IMG/VR virus record: IMGVR_UViG_2510065065_000004
Span: 1 to 64,000 of that record
Source of the DNA: a virus
Taxonomy: Duplodnaviria > Caudoviricetes
Reading direction: 5' to 3' (one strand)
DNA: 64,000 bases
Within the stretch, counting starts at the first letter, position 1. Each line of letters opens with the position of its first letter. Made by a program: the position numbers and the translations under genes. Under the pieces are notes generated by a model. The model made no database searches, was not told where the DNA came from, and worked only from the letters and a program-made list of their open reading frames with translations. This document shows, in pieces, positions 9,662-16,939 of this stretch.

Positions 9662-9856
9662 TTAGTGCTTGATCAGGGTTGCAGAAAGCGTTTTGGCGGC
9701 TTCGTAGTGCGCGCGACGAACGCGGTAATTGGCGATGCGTAGTGCGTTTGGCGTTGCTCGGGTATCGCGCGAAATACAATGCGGTAACCAAGGGCGCGAG
9801 CTGTAATAGCGGCGCAATGCGATACTCCGCTCCTCCGCTTTGCGATAACGATTCAT
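9662..9856 (-). CDS. Hypothetical phage protein
   Basis: Coupled ORF; homolog at 56457-56648. Confidence 0.6.
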   Translation of the reverse strand: MNRYRKAEERSIALRRYYSSRPWLPHCISRDTRATPNALRIANYRVRRAHYEAAKTLSATLIKH

Positions 9857-10254
9857 GCATATTCCTCCTGCATGACACCGCCGCGCATCGCGTTAAAGCA
9901 TTCCGCTTCTTGGCGTACTTCTTCCTTGACGTCTTCCTCAGCCAGAAGATGCAATTGTTCCAGCCGTAAGCGTCCTTGCACTTCTGCTAATGCATACAGA
10001 CGAGTTAATATATCGCTGCCGATTAACTGATCCGAAGGAAAGGCGTGTAAATCCGCTAAAGCACTTCCCATCGCTTCATAATGCTCAGTAGATAGTATAT
10101 CCGCCGCCCATTCATCCGCTTCCGCTAGTTTATCTGGGTTATTTAAATACTCATGAACCCGCGCATCGACCCGCTCGGCAAAATACTCTTTAAAATCATC
10201 TTCCGGTGGTTGTAAACGCGGATCGTTATAACTGCTATATCCAATGCCAGCCAT
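9853..10254 (-). CDS. Hypothetical acidic phage protein
   Basis: Coupled ORF; its N- and C-termini survive around an insertion in prophage 2 (56860-57705). Confidence 0.7.
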   Translation of the reverse strand: MAGIGYSSYNDPRLQPPEDDFKEYFAERVDARVHEYLNNPDKLAEADEWAADILSTEHYEAMGSALADLHAFPSDQLIGSDILTRLYALAEVQGRLRLEQLHLLAEEDVKEEVRQEAECFNAMRGGVMQEEYA

Positions 10255-10724
10255 TACTCACCTGCCTTTGGCGTAGCAATGGCATCAGTGCGCATCCGGC
10301 CACCTCTTTTACTAACGGCATTACGCGCTTTTGCAGCTTCAGCCCTAGCTTTAGCTTCAAGCCTTAATTTAGTTCTTTGTGCGGTTAATATGTTTACTGT
10401 GTATATAGTACTTACGTGCCAATACAACGGGTGCGTTGGCCGCACGCGTATGTATTCCCGCCCCCCACCGAAACTAACTTTTATTTCGCTGTCTGGCCTG
10501 CCTTTAAACCACGAACGCATGAGCGGACTAAAACGTTTGCCTTTAAACGAAAGGATTTCTAAAGTACCTTCAGGCCCCTTTGCTTCCTTGATATGGAAAC
10601 CTTCTAGCAACGCCAAAATTTTAGCGTCTTCAAGGCCGCCCAAGTCCAACGGCGGCGCTTCTGTAGGTGCTGATGTGGCTTGGCTGGGCTGTGTTTTTTC
10701 GTTGGTGTTAGTTAAGGTGCTCAT
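10254..10724 (-). CDS. Hypothetical phage protein (paralogous to 10721-11278 and 57705-58094)
   Basis: Shared FSPL.RSWF...PTHPLY motif. Confidence 0.7.
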   Translation of the reverse strand: MSTLTNTNEKTQPSQATSAPTEAPPLDLGGLEDAKILALLEGFHIKEAKGPEGTLEILSFKGKRFSPLMRSWFKGRPDSEIKVSFGGGREYIRVRPTHPLYWHVSTIYTVNILTAQRTKLRLEAKARAEAAKARNAVSKRGGRMRTDAIATPKAGE

Positions 10725-11278
10725 GCGGCCACCTCGTTACTAACGGCAGCTTCAGCGGCTTCGTATGTAGCTAAAGCAGCACGAGCAGCAGCAAAAGCAG
10801 CATCACGCGCTTCTTCATCTTTAGCGGCGTCGTACGCAGCACACGCTTCTTTTTTAGCGGCTTCGAGCGCAGCACGAGCCGCATTACGCTTTTCTTGTCG
10901 CTTTTTCTCCGATGCAGCGAGCTGCGCCGCAGATCGATTACGCACCGCCTCAAGGGCAGCTTTAACGTGCGGATACAGTGGATGCGTTGTGGCGACAGTG
11001 AACTTATCGTTGTCGAAATAATCCGTCATCACGTCGGTGCTGTTGTACACCGTAAAACAGGAATGCACTAAAGGGCTAAAGCGCGTGTAATGCGTGGCGA
11101 TGACCCTAATTGCCGAGTTATCCCTGTCGTGCGGCTTTTCGTAGGAGTAATTGGCGCGTTGCAACTCCCCGCCTTTCTCATCCCGAATGCCGTTCCAGTA
11201 GAACAACGGCGCTTTTCGAGTCCCTGATAAGGCCTGGTTAGCCTGAGGCTGGGCTTGCTCGCTAATACTCAATGACAT
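10721..11278 (-). CDS. Hypothetical phage protein with Ala-rich helical tail
   Basis: AGGAG RBS inside the 41-bp repeat; near-identical copy at 58091-58648. Confidence 0.75.
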   Translation of the reverse strand: MSLSISEQAQPQANQALSGTRKAPLFYWNGIRDEKGGELQRANYSYEKPHDRDNSAIRVIATHYTRFSPLVHSCFTVYNSTDVMTDYFDNDKFTVATTHPLYPHVKAALEAVRNRSAAQLAASEKKRQEKRNAARAALEAAKKEACAAYDAAKDEEARDAAFAAARAALATYEAAEAAVSNEVAA

Positions 11279-11364
11279 TTCGATATCTCCTGCCCCTGCC
11301 GCCGGTTGCGGGTGTCGTGGGGCGTGTTTGGGTGTGGGTGTTGAGCGCGGTTATGCTTGGCGCC

Positions 11365-11676
11365 ATGAACTGGACGAATGGGTTAACACTTGCTTTGGCG
11401 GTGCTTGGTGCGACGCTTGGCGTTTTTAACGCGGTGTGGATGATTCGCCGCGACACTGTTCGGCTGAAGGTTGCTTACGCGACCATGACTCCAGTCGCCG
11501 GAGGCCCGCCGTTCGTATGTGTGGAGGTGATAAGCCTGAGTTACTTGGCAGTGACAGCGGCAGCGGCAGCGGCAGCGGTTGCCTTTCAAAAAGGGCGCAC
11601 AGCCGACAGGAGAACCCTCATCGTCGGAGACTGCCTTGACCGGAGCAGGCTCCCCCGTCGAAGTGGGCTGTGGTGA
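11365..11676 (+). pseudogene. N-terminally membrane-anchored moron protein, truncated relative to 58736-59173
   Basis: Same N-terminus. A (GCGGCA)n expansion gives poly-Ala, and the C-terminal ~50 aa are replaced by an early stop. Confidence 0.6.
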
Positions 11677-11859
11677 TGGCGGTGGTGGTGGTGGTGCCCT
11701 TGGCCCCCTTGGTGGCCGTGGTGGCGGGTAGGGGTGCCCTAGGAGAGTTACGTTCTGGTGGAAGCCCCCTGTACCTAATTTGAATACAACCCATGCGTTG
11801 ACTGTGGCACTGAACGCAGCTAAGCAGAGTATGAAAATTTGGGTGCTGTCTAACGACAT
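11383..11859 (-). CDS. TM + Pro-rich protein, first gene of the pL operon
   Basis: AGGAG RBS, hydrophobic N-terminus; homolog at 58754-59290. Confidence 0.5.
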   Translation of the reverse strand: MSLDSTQIFILCLAAFSATVNAWVVFKLGTGGFHQNVTLLGHPYPPPRPPRGPRAPPPPPPSPQPTSTGEPAPVKAVSDDEGSPVGCAPFLKGNRCRCRCRCHCQVTQAYHLHTYERRASGDWSHGRVSNLQPNSVAANHPHRVKNAKRRTKHRQSKC

Positions 11860-11912
11860 CTGATATCTCCTGCCCCTGCCGCCGGTTGCGGGTGTCGTGG
11901 GGTGATGTGGAG

Positions 11913-11957
11913 ATATTACCTAAAAGGTTATTATCTTTCAATAACCTTTTAGGTAAT
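11913..11957 (-). promoter_or_regulatory. pL promoter with two 17-bp operators (prophage 1)
   Basis: ATTACCTAAAAGGTTAT and its exact reverse complement; minus strand TTGAAA-17-TAATAT. Confidence 0.85.
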
Positions 11958-12004
11958 TATTGATTAAATTTTCTGCGTCGCACGAACATCGCTTGTTTAA
12001 GGCG

Positions 12005-12041
12005 AAAAAAACCCCCGCGCTGGCGGGGGAGGGGTGTTTTT
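12005..12041 (-). terminator. Intrinsic terminator of the cI-distal operon
   Basis: CCCCCGC/GCGGGGG stem followed by a T7 tract on the minus strand; identical at ~59435-59470. Confidence 0.7.
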
Positions 12042-12074
12042 AAAGGTTATGAGCCGTTTAACGGCAACTGATGA

Positions 12075-12470
12075 TTAAGGCTGCTTGGCCGCCTGCGGCG
12101 GTGGCTGCAATGCCTGAGCAGGAACCTGGATGATGATTGGGGGGGACTGAGCCGGTAACGCTTGATAGCTCCCCTTGATGCTGCCGACCACGAAGCCGCC
12201 AACACCAAGAATGCCTGCGAAAAGGCCGATGGCCGTAGCAAGCATCCATGTGCGGTTTTCTTTTTGAGCCTTCTCGAAATCAGCACGCAATTCACCGGCT
12301 GACTTGTTTAAGTCGGCCAGTAGTTCACCCGCCGACTTGTTTAAATCGGCTCGCAAGCTTTCAACATCGGCCTTGGTGGCAAGTGTTGGGATGATGGTTT
12401 CAAGTTGAACTATACGTGCTTCCATGCTGGCATCATGCGGCATAGTGGTTGCCACTGGCAAGCTACGCAT
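12075..12470 (-). CDS. Coiled-coil + TM + Pro-rich tail protein (rex-position gene 2)
   Basis: LATKADV, 11-aa repeat LRADLNKSAGE, hydrophobic segment WMLATAIGLFAGILG. Confidence 0.7.
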   Translation of the reverse strand: MRSLPVATTMPHDASMEARIVQLETIIPTLATKADVESLRADLNKSAGELLADLNKSAGELRADFEKAQKENRTWMLATAIGLFAGILGVGGFVVGSIKGSYQALPAQSPPIIIQVPAQALQPPPQAAKQP

Positions 12471-12990
12471 TCCCCCACATCAACCACTGAGCCGTAACAC
12501 GCTTGAACCAGGGCAGTTTGCGTGATGGGTGGTCCTTTAAATCGGCATAAGATCGCGTCACCTGGTTTTCACATAAAATATCCAAGGCAACAAAGATCGG
12601 CGGTTCATCACTTTCTATCTCCAGGCGCTGTGCAGTCCAGGCAGAAATTTGTTCTTGCGTTGCGTGTGGATGCTTAACGATATCGGACTCAAGTTGAGAG
12701 AAGCGTCGGCGTAGGTCGCTATGGATACGGGCCATCTGTGCCGTTCCAGCCACCAGGTTAATGCTCGTGGCGATGGTGACAGTAACTGCTCCGACAAGGG
12801 CCATCCACTCTGCTGTGTACTTGCCAAACGAAGCAATGACGGCGGAAGCGCCCAATAGACTGATAAAAGAACTCAGCGTGTTACAGCGGTCAAAGAATGC
12901 CATACGGCAGGAGTGATAGCGCTGTGACTTCTGGACTCCCCACAGGAGTTCCCATCGCTTGGTATGCAATTCAGTGTTGTTGGCGTCCAT
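12463..12990 (-). CDS. SLATT-like two-TM protein (rex-position gene 1)
   Basis: SQRYH, two hydrophobic helices, then ARIHSDLRRRFSQLE; TGcTATGCT extended -10 just upstream of ATG 12990. Confidence 0.65.
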   Translation of the reverse strand: MDANNTELHTKRWELLWGVQKSQRYHSCRMAFFDRCNTLSSFISLLGASAVIASFGKYTAEWMALVGAVTVTIATSINLVAGTAQMARIHSDLRRRFSQLESDIVKHPHATQEQISAWTAQRLEIESDEPPIFVALDILCENQVTRSYADLKDHPSRKLPWFKRVTAQWLMWGNA

Positions 12991-13050
12991 GTCCAACAGC
13001 ATAGCACTACCGTGTTGAAGGCGGCGGCTCCTATATAGGTTTACAGGGTT

Positions 13051-13809
13051 CTACAATCCTCCGCTGCCTCCCCTGTCAATCACGCGGCCAAGCACTTGAA
13101 CCGTTTCCATCTCGTTAGGCGGTACGATCTCGTCCTTATAAATACGATGGCCTTCAGAGTCCTTGTTTTGGTTGTCGCTAACAATGCGTAAACCATTGTT
13201 ACGCAAGGTGTAGAGTCGCTTGACCTTTGCTTCACCACCAATGGCGATGGCGTACACTTTCCCATCGCGAATACGGGTGTCAGCGAAGTTCACCATGACT
13301 CGGTCGTTATCAAACAGGGTGCGCTCCATGCTGTCACCGTGTACGCGCATCAGCTTCACATCTTTTGGATTAATGTGTGCGTGCCTGAGCCAAGGCAGGG
13401 GGAAGGGCATTTGGAACTTTGTTTCAATGAATTCAGGAATTAGGACGCCGTTACCAGCGGAGAGCATCACATCGACTTCATCAACAAGTACGTTAGCTTC
13501 TGGATCCAACTCCTCACCGTCATCAATTGCTTGAAATTCATACATATCAAGTTTGATGTGTTGGCCTGCGGAGTGTGGTGCATCAGCACTTGGGGGCCTA
13601 TCAAGGTAAGCGTTGGGCAACCCGAGTTCCGCTTCAATGGCACGTGCCAGCTTATGACCAATACCTTTTGGGTTGGTTTCGGAAATCCATTGGCTCACTT
13701 GGGCTTGCGACCAACGACCAGCCCCACACCTTCGTGAGAATTCGACTGGCCCACCGGCGGCGGCAACCAGTTGCTTAATGTGGAAAGTGCGTGCGGATAG
13801 TGCATCCAT
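13051..13809 (-). CDS. cI: CI-like repressor (HTH + S24 peptidase)
   Basis: QAQVSQWISE helix, SAG cleavage site, GDSME and VKRL catalytic motifs. Confidence 0.92.
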   Translation of the reverse strand: MDALSARTFHIKQLVAAAGGPVEFSRRCGAGRWSQAQVSQWISETNPKGIGHKLARAIEAELGLPNAYLDRPPSADAPHSAGQHIKLDMYEFQAIDDGEELDPEANVLVDEVDVMLSAGNGVLIPEFIETKFQMPFPLPWLRHAHINPKDVKLMRVHGDSMERTLFDNDRVMVNFADTRIRDGKVYAIAIGGEAKVKRLYTLRNNGLRIVSDNQNKDSEGHRIYKDEIVPPNEMETVQVLGRVIDRGGSGGL

Positions 13810-13828
13810 AATCTCTATGATCCCATTT

Positions 13829-13888
13829 ATTACCAGGAAGGTAAATTATCGAAAGGGTATTGCTTGTTAATAACCCTTTAGGTAATGT
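13829..13888 (+). promoter_or_regulatory. OR: three 17-bp operators and pR
   Basis: ATTACCAGGAAGGTAAA, ATTATCGAAAGGGTATT, ATAACCCTTTAGGTAAT; TTGCTT-17-TAATGT ends 6 nt before the cro ATG. Confidence 0.85.
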
Positions 13889-13894
13889 TTCGGC

Positions 13895-14155
13895 ATGGAC
13901 ATGCTCGACTACATCAAACTCAATGGCGGTAGCGGCAAAATCAACTGCCCTGTGCTCGTGGAATTAGCTACAAGAGCGGTATGCAGCCATAAGACCCTTT
14001 ACATGATTGCCCTCGGCCACAAGAGAGCGGGCCATCAGTTAGCTAAGTCACTTGAACGCGTCACCAACGGCGCTGTTAGCCGCTATCAACTCCGCCCCGA
14101 CATCTTCGGCGCTTCCCCCACAGGCCACGTGCAGGAGGTGTCCGATGCGGCGTGA
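13895..14155 (+). CDS. cro: Cro/YdaS-like regulator
   Basis: Divergent from cI; C-terminal VSRYQLRPDIFG. Confidence 0.85.
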   Translation: MDMLDYIKLNGGSGKINCPVLVELATRAVCSHKTLYMIALGHKRAGHQLAKSLERVTNGAVSRYQLRPDIFGASPTGHVQEVSDAA

Positions 14156-14711
14156 AGGATTTCTCGATCTATCTGATTCCAGCCTGGAGCCTTCGTTAGG
14201 AGGGAGCAACCTACTTATTGTGAGAGTCCCCTTCGCCGGTCCTCCCAGCGTACCGACATTCTTTTGGACGGAAATATCCGGACCAGAGAATAAAAAGTTG
14301 GCGTATATCAAGTTTGAGCGGCGGCTTTTCATAAGGTCGGAATCACTGTTTGTAGCCACCGAATGGCGTCCGGCAGATTCCGGAGACTTGCCTCCAGAAC
14401 CTTTTCTGCGATTTTCTGGATACCAGAAGCAGGGGTGTGCTGGGTCGAGAACCGACACCTTAACGCCAATGGCAGGTACGGGCGTCTTGTGTACATGTGG
14501 ATGCAAACCCACGAAGCGCAATGCCCCCCTGTCTATGGACGAACTCCGCGTTAAGGAATACGAGGCTAAAGCCGAACTGCTGCGGTTGAAAGCAGCAGCA
14601 ATAGACGATCCCTTACTTAAAGAGCGTCTTTTGGCGCAGTCCAGCCTTGCATCTCTTGGTGCAAAGCGAATTGCAAATCTTTGTAACTCATTCAAACGGT
14701 GTGCCGTTTGA
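14145..14711 (+). CDS. Hypothetical protein in the variable slot after cro (possibly composite)
   Basis: AGGAGG RBS, coupled to cro; different sequence occupies this slot in prophage 2. Confidence 0.35.
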   Translation: MRREGFLDLSDSSLEPSLGGSNLLIVRVPFAGPPSVPTFFWTEISGPENKKLAYIKFERRLFIRSESLFVATEWRPADSGDLPPEPFLRFSGYQKQGCAGSRTDTLTPMAGTGVLCTCGCKPTKRNAPLSMDELRVKEYEAKAELLRLKAAAIDDPLLKERLLAQSSLASLGAKRIANLCNSFKRCAV

Positions 14712-14764
14712 TGCGCTGTCTTCGATCTTTTCAATGACATTGAATAACCCTTGGTAATGAATCT

Positions 14765-14953
14765 ATGTATGCCGATCCGACCCACATTCGTAGCCACCCA
14801 GTAAAGGTGCGTTTTAACGATGCCGAGCGCGAATTGATTAATGCGTTGGCTCAATACAACGGGATGCAACCAGCGGCGTTGGTTCGTGAACTGGCGTTAT
14901 CGGTAGCCACTGCTGCGATAAAAAATGATAAGCGGCAAGCAGACGCAGCTTGA
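14765..14953 (+). CDS. Small putative DNA-binding (RHH-like) protein
   Basis: MYADPTHIRSHPVKVRFNDAE; conserved at 61988. Confidence 0.7.
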   Translation: MYADPTHIRSHPVKVRFNDAERELINALAQYNGMQPAALVRELALSVATAAIKNDKRQADAA

Positions 14954-15198
14954 AGTGCCAAACCAGGCCCTTTGGAGGCCCTGTGAAGATTGATCTAACA
15001 CCGGCTGTTCAAAAAATATTTGAGCAATACGCACAAATCTATGGACTGGCTTGTGTTGATGAAGCGGTAGAACACGCTGCGAAACACGCACTAAAGGACG
15101 CTTATCTGTTACGGGCCAAGAATGGGTATTCGCCTCTTGGAGAAGGCAGGGTGATCCATTTGAAGGGACTTAAAAAGCCCTCAAGGAATCAAGAATGA
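14950..15198 (+). CDS. Hypothetical phage protein (start may be 14983)
   Basis: Conserved at 62173-62421. Confidence 0.55.
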   Translation: MKCQTRPFGGPVKIDLTPAVQKIFEQYAQIYGLACVDEAVEHAAKHALKDAYLLRAKNGYSPLGEGRVIHLKGLKKPSRNQE

Positions 15199-15267
15199 AA
15201 GCAAGCAATGACAGCGTGAGCTTGACCCGTATGAATGACCGTAAGAGGAAAGGTTGATATGTATATT

Positions 15268-15564
15268 TCAGTGGCTCCCTTCGATGACCCGGCAGGCAGC
15301 CTCGTTGGCGAGGGCAACAAGCGCCTTATTATCGATATTGCGGCCGGTCCTCCGGCACCAGGCAACGAAGTCAGCGGATCGTATCTCGGCCTTGACGGTC
15401 CTGATGCCCTGGTCATTGAGGCGTTTGAAGTGCTGCTCCGCAGCGGCTTCCCATTCAGCGTACGTCCGATGCCAACGGCGCTCGGGAAGGATGGGCTTGA
15501 ATGATTCGTAATCGTCTTCTTTAAACCATGCAAAGCCTGTGACCTGGATTTTCCCTTCTTGCAT
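15268..15564 (-). CDS. Antisense moron hypothetical protein
   Basis: Own -10 TAAACT and AAGGAG RBS in a hairpin; conserved at 62491-62787. Confidence 0.7.
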   Translation of the reverse strand: MQEGKIQVTGFAWFKEDDYESFKPILPERRWHRTYAEWEAAAEQHFKRLNDQGIRTVKAEIRSADFVAWCRRTGRNIDNKALVALANEAACRVIEGSH

Positions 15565-15902
15565 TGCTGCCCTCCTTACGGGCTGTCGTTGTGGTGACAA
15601 CAGTTTACCGCAGGGCGGGCAGCATCTTTTTCTATACAGATTTCATCCGCTGGAACAGGGCGCACAATGAGTACTGATTTTGATGAGCAGATGCAGGCAC
15701 TTCTTCGCCGACAGTCACGGTGACACCGTGAGCTTGACACCAATCATACATCTGAGGCAGGCTGCCCATGCAGCAGCAAAATCTGCTGCCGGGTTTAGAA
15801 GCCTGAATCCCCAGCGCGAAAAGCGCCCATTTCCGATGTTGGCGCTTTTTCATTGCTCGCTGCCGTCGGCAGTGGGCCTTGCGTACAGCGCAACTCGTCT
15901 AT

Positions 15903-15973
15903 GGCGGGTGGCGTGGAGAGACTTTCGAGTCTACCGGTCCTGGGGTCGGTCTTCTAACTCCGCGTCGTCCGCC
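15903..15973 (+). ncRNA. C4-type antisense RNA controlling the antirepressor
   Basis: Closed stem with an AGACT-TTCG-AGTCT hairpin. Loops TCCTGGGG and CTTCTAA are complementary to CCCCAG(GA) and TTAGAAG found both upstream and downstream. Confidence 0.75.
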
Positions 15974-16024
15974 TCCATGTTTAGAAGCGTGGCGGCGGAC
16001 TCCACTTCCCCCAGGAGTCACGCT

Positions 16025-16807
16025 ATGTCGCAGTCCATTATTCCGTTCGATTTTCATTCTCACGCTGTGCGCGTTGTGATGCGCGATGGCAATCCGTGGT
16101 TTGTTGCTACCGATGTGTGTACGGCATTGGGATACCGCAATCCAAGCAAGGCAGTCGCTGATCATTTAGATGATGATGAGAAATCTAACCAATCGTTAGG
16201 TTTAGCTGGGAAGCCAGTCATCATCATTTCCGAGTCTGGCCTATACGCCTTGGTACTCCGCTCCAGAAAGCCAGAAGCACGTAAGTTCTCCAAGTGGGTA
16301 ACCTCGGAAGTCCTCCCCTCGATCCGCAAGACGTGCGAGTACACAGTTCATCCTGATCTGGGATACGACCAGATGCGCAGCTACTCCAAAGACCGTAAGC
16401 ATATGGAGGAGTTAAACACCGCTCATAGCCGTTGGATTAGCGATGTCAGACGGCTACTTGAGTCCGCAGGAATAAAAGAGCCTGAATTCCCAAAAGAGTT
16501 GGAAGATAGTGAAGCCATTGCCACATCAGCACTCGTCGAACTATTGAGATGGCATCGCTGGGTACTGGATTTCGATCCTGACTTCAGGCTACGGCTGACA
16601 CCCGTCACGCTGCATACCAATGTTCTTACTAGCGACGAAGTAGCCGATTGGGTCAGACACCCAACGTTTCCAAGCAAGCATCTACCAGATATCGCAAAAG
16701 CCGCGATTGAGCGCATGAGTAAAGCGTTCTCAGAAAAAGCCCTCGGCCCGCAGATGGAACAGGCTGCCCAAAAGGTCAGGGGGGTTACTTATCGCCGCTT
16801 CAGCTAA
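16025..16807 (+). CDS. BRO-N antirepressor
   Basis: PWFVATDV, ISESGLY, FSKWVTSEVLPSIRKT; AGGAG RBS. Confidence 0.88.
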   Translation: MSQSIIPFDFHSHAVRVVMRDGNPWFVATDVCTALGYRNPSKAVADHLDDDEKSNQSLGLAGKPVIIISESGLYALVLRSRKPEARKFSKWVTSEVLPSIRKTCEYTVHPDLGYDQMRSYSKDRKHMEELNTAHSRWISDVRRLLESAGIKEPEFPKELEDSEAIATSALVELLRWHRWVLDFDPDFRLRLTPVTLHTNVLTSDEVADWVRHPTFPSKHLPDIAKAAIERMSKAFSEKALGPQMEQAAQKVRGVTYRRFS

Positions 16808-16939
16808 CACCTGCGGCTGTCTGTCTGGCCGTACTCCTTATTAATTAAGGAGTGACTTTCAAATCGCTAAACCACCCCCGCAGTTAAAAAAGGGCGGGCT
16901 GAGGGGGTGACCTCAACTCGCCCTGAATAAAGGAGAATA

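Larger units (their letters stand above)
11282..11902. repeat. 41-bp direct repeats (11282-11322 and 11862-11902) flanking a 540-bp cassette
   Basis: GATATCTCCTGCCCCTGCCGCCGGTTGCGGGTGTCGTGGGG twice; also at 58652-58693 and 59293-59333. Confidence 0.9.

Noticed and set aside
14745-14759. Extra prophage 1 operator ATAACCCTTGGTAAT
   Set aside because: Two bases shorter than the 17-bp operators and also present in the heteroimmune prophage 2
15680-16024. N-terminal extension of the 375-aa BRO ORF (and 62751-63215 in prophage 2)
   Set aside because: Extensions are not conserved between copies and cover the C4 RNA region; SD-ATG lies at 16025 and 63216
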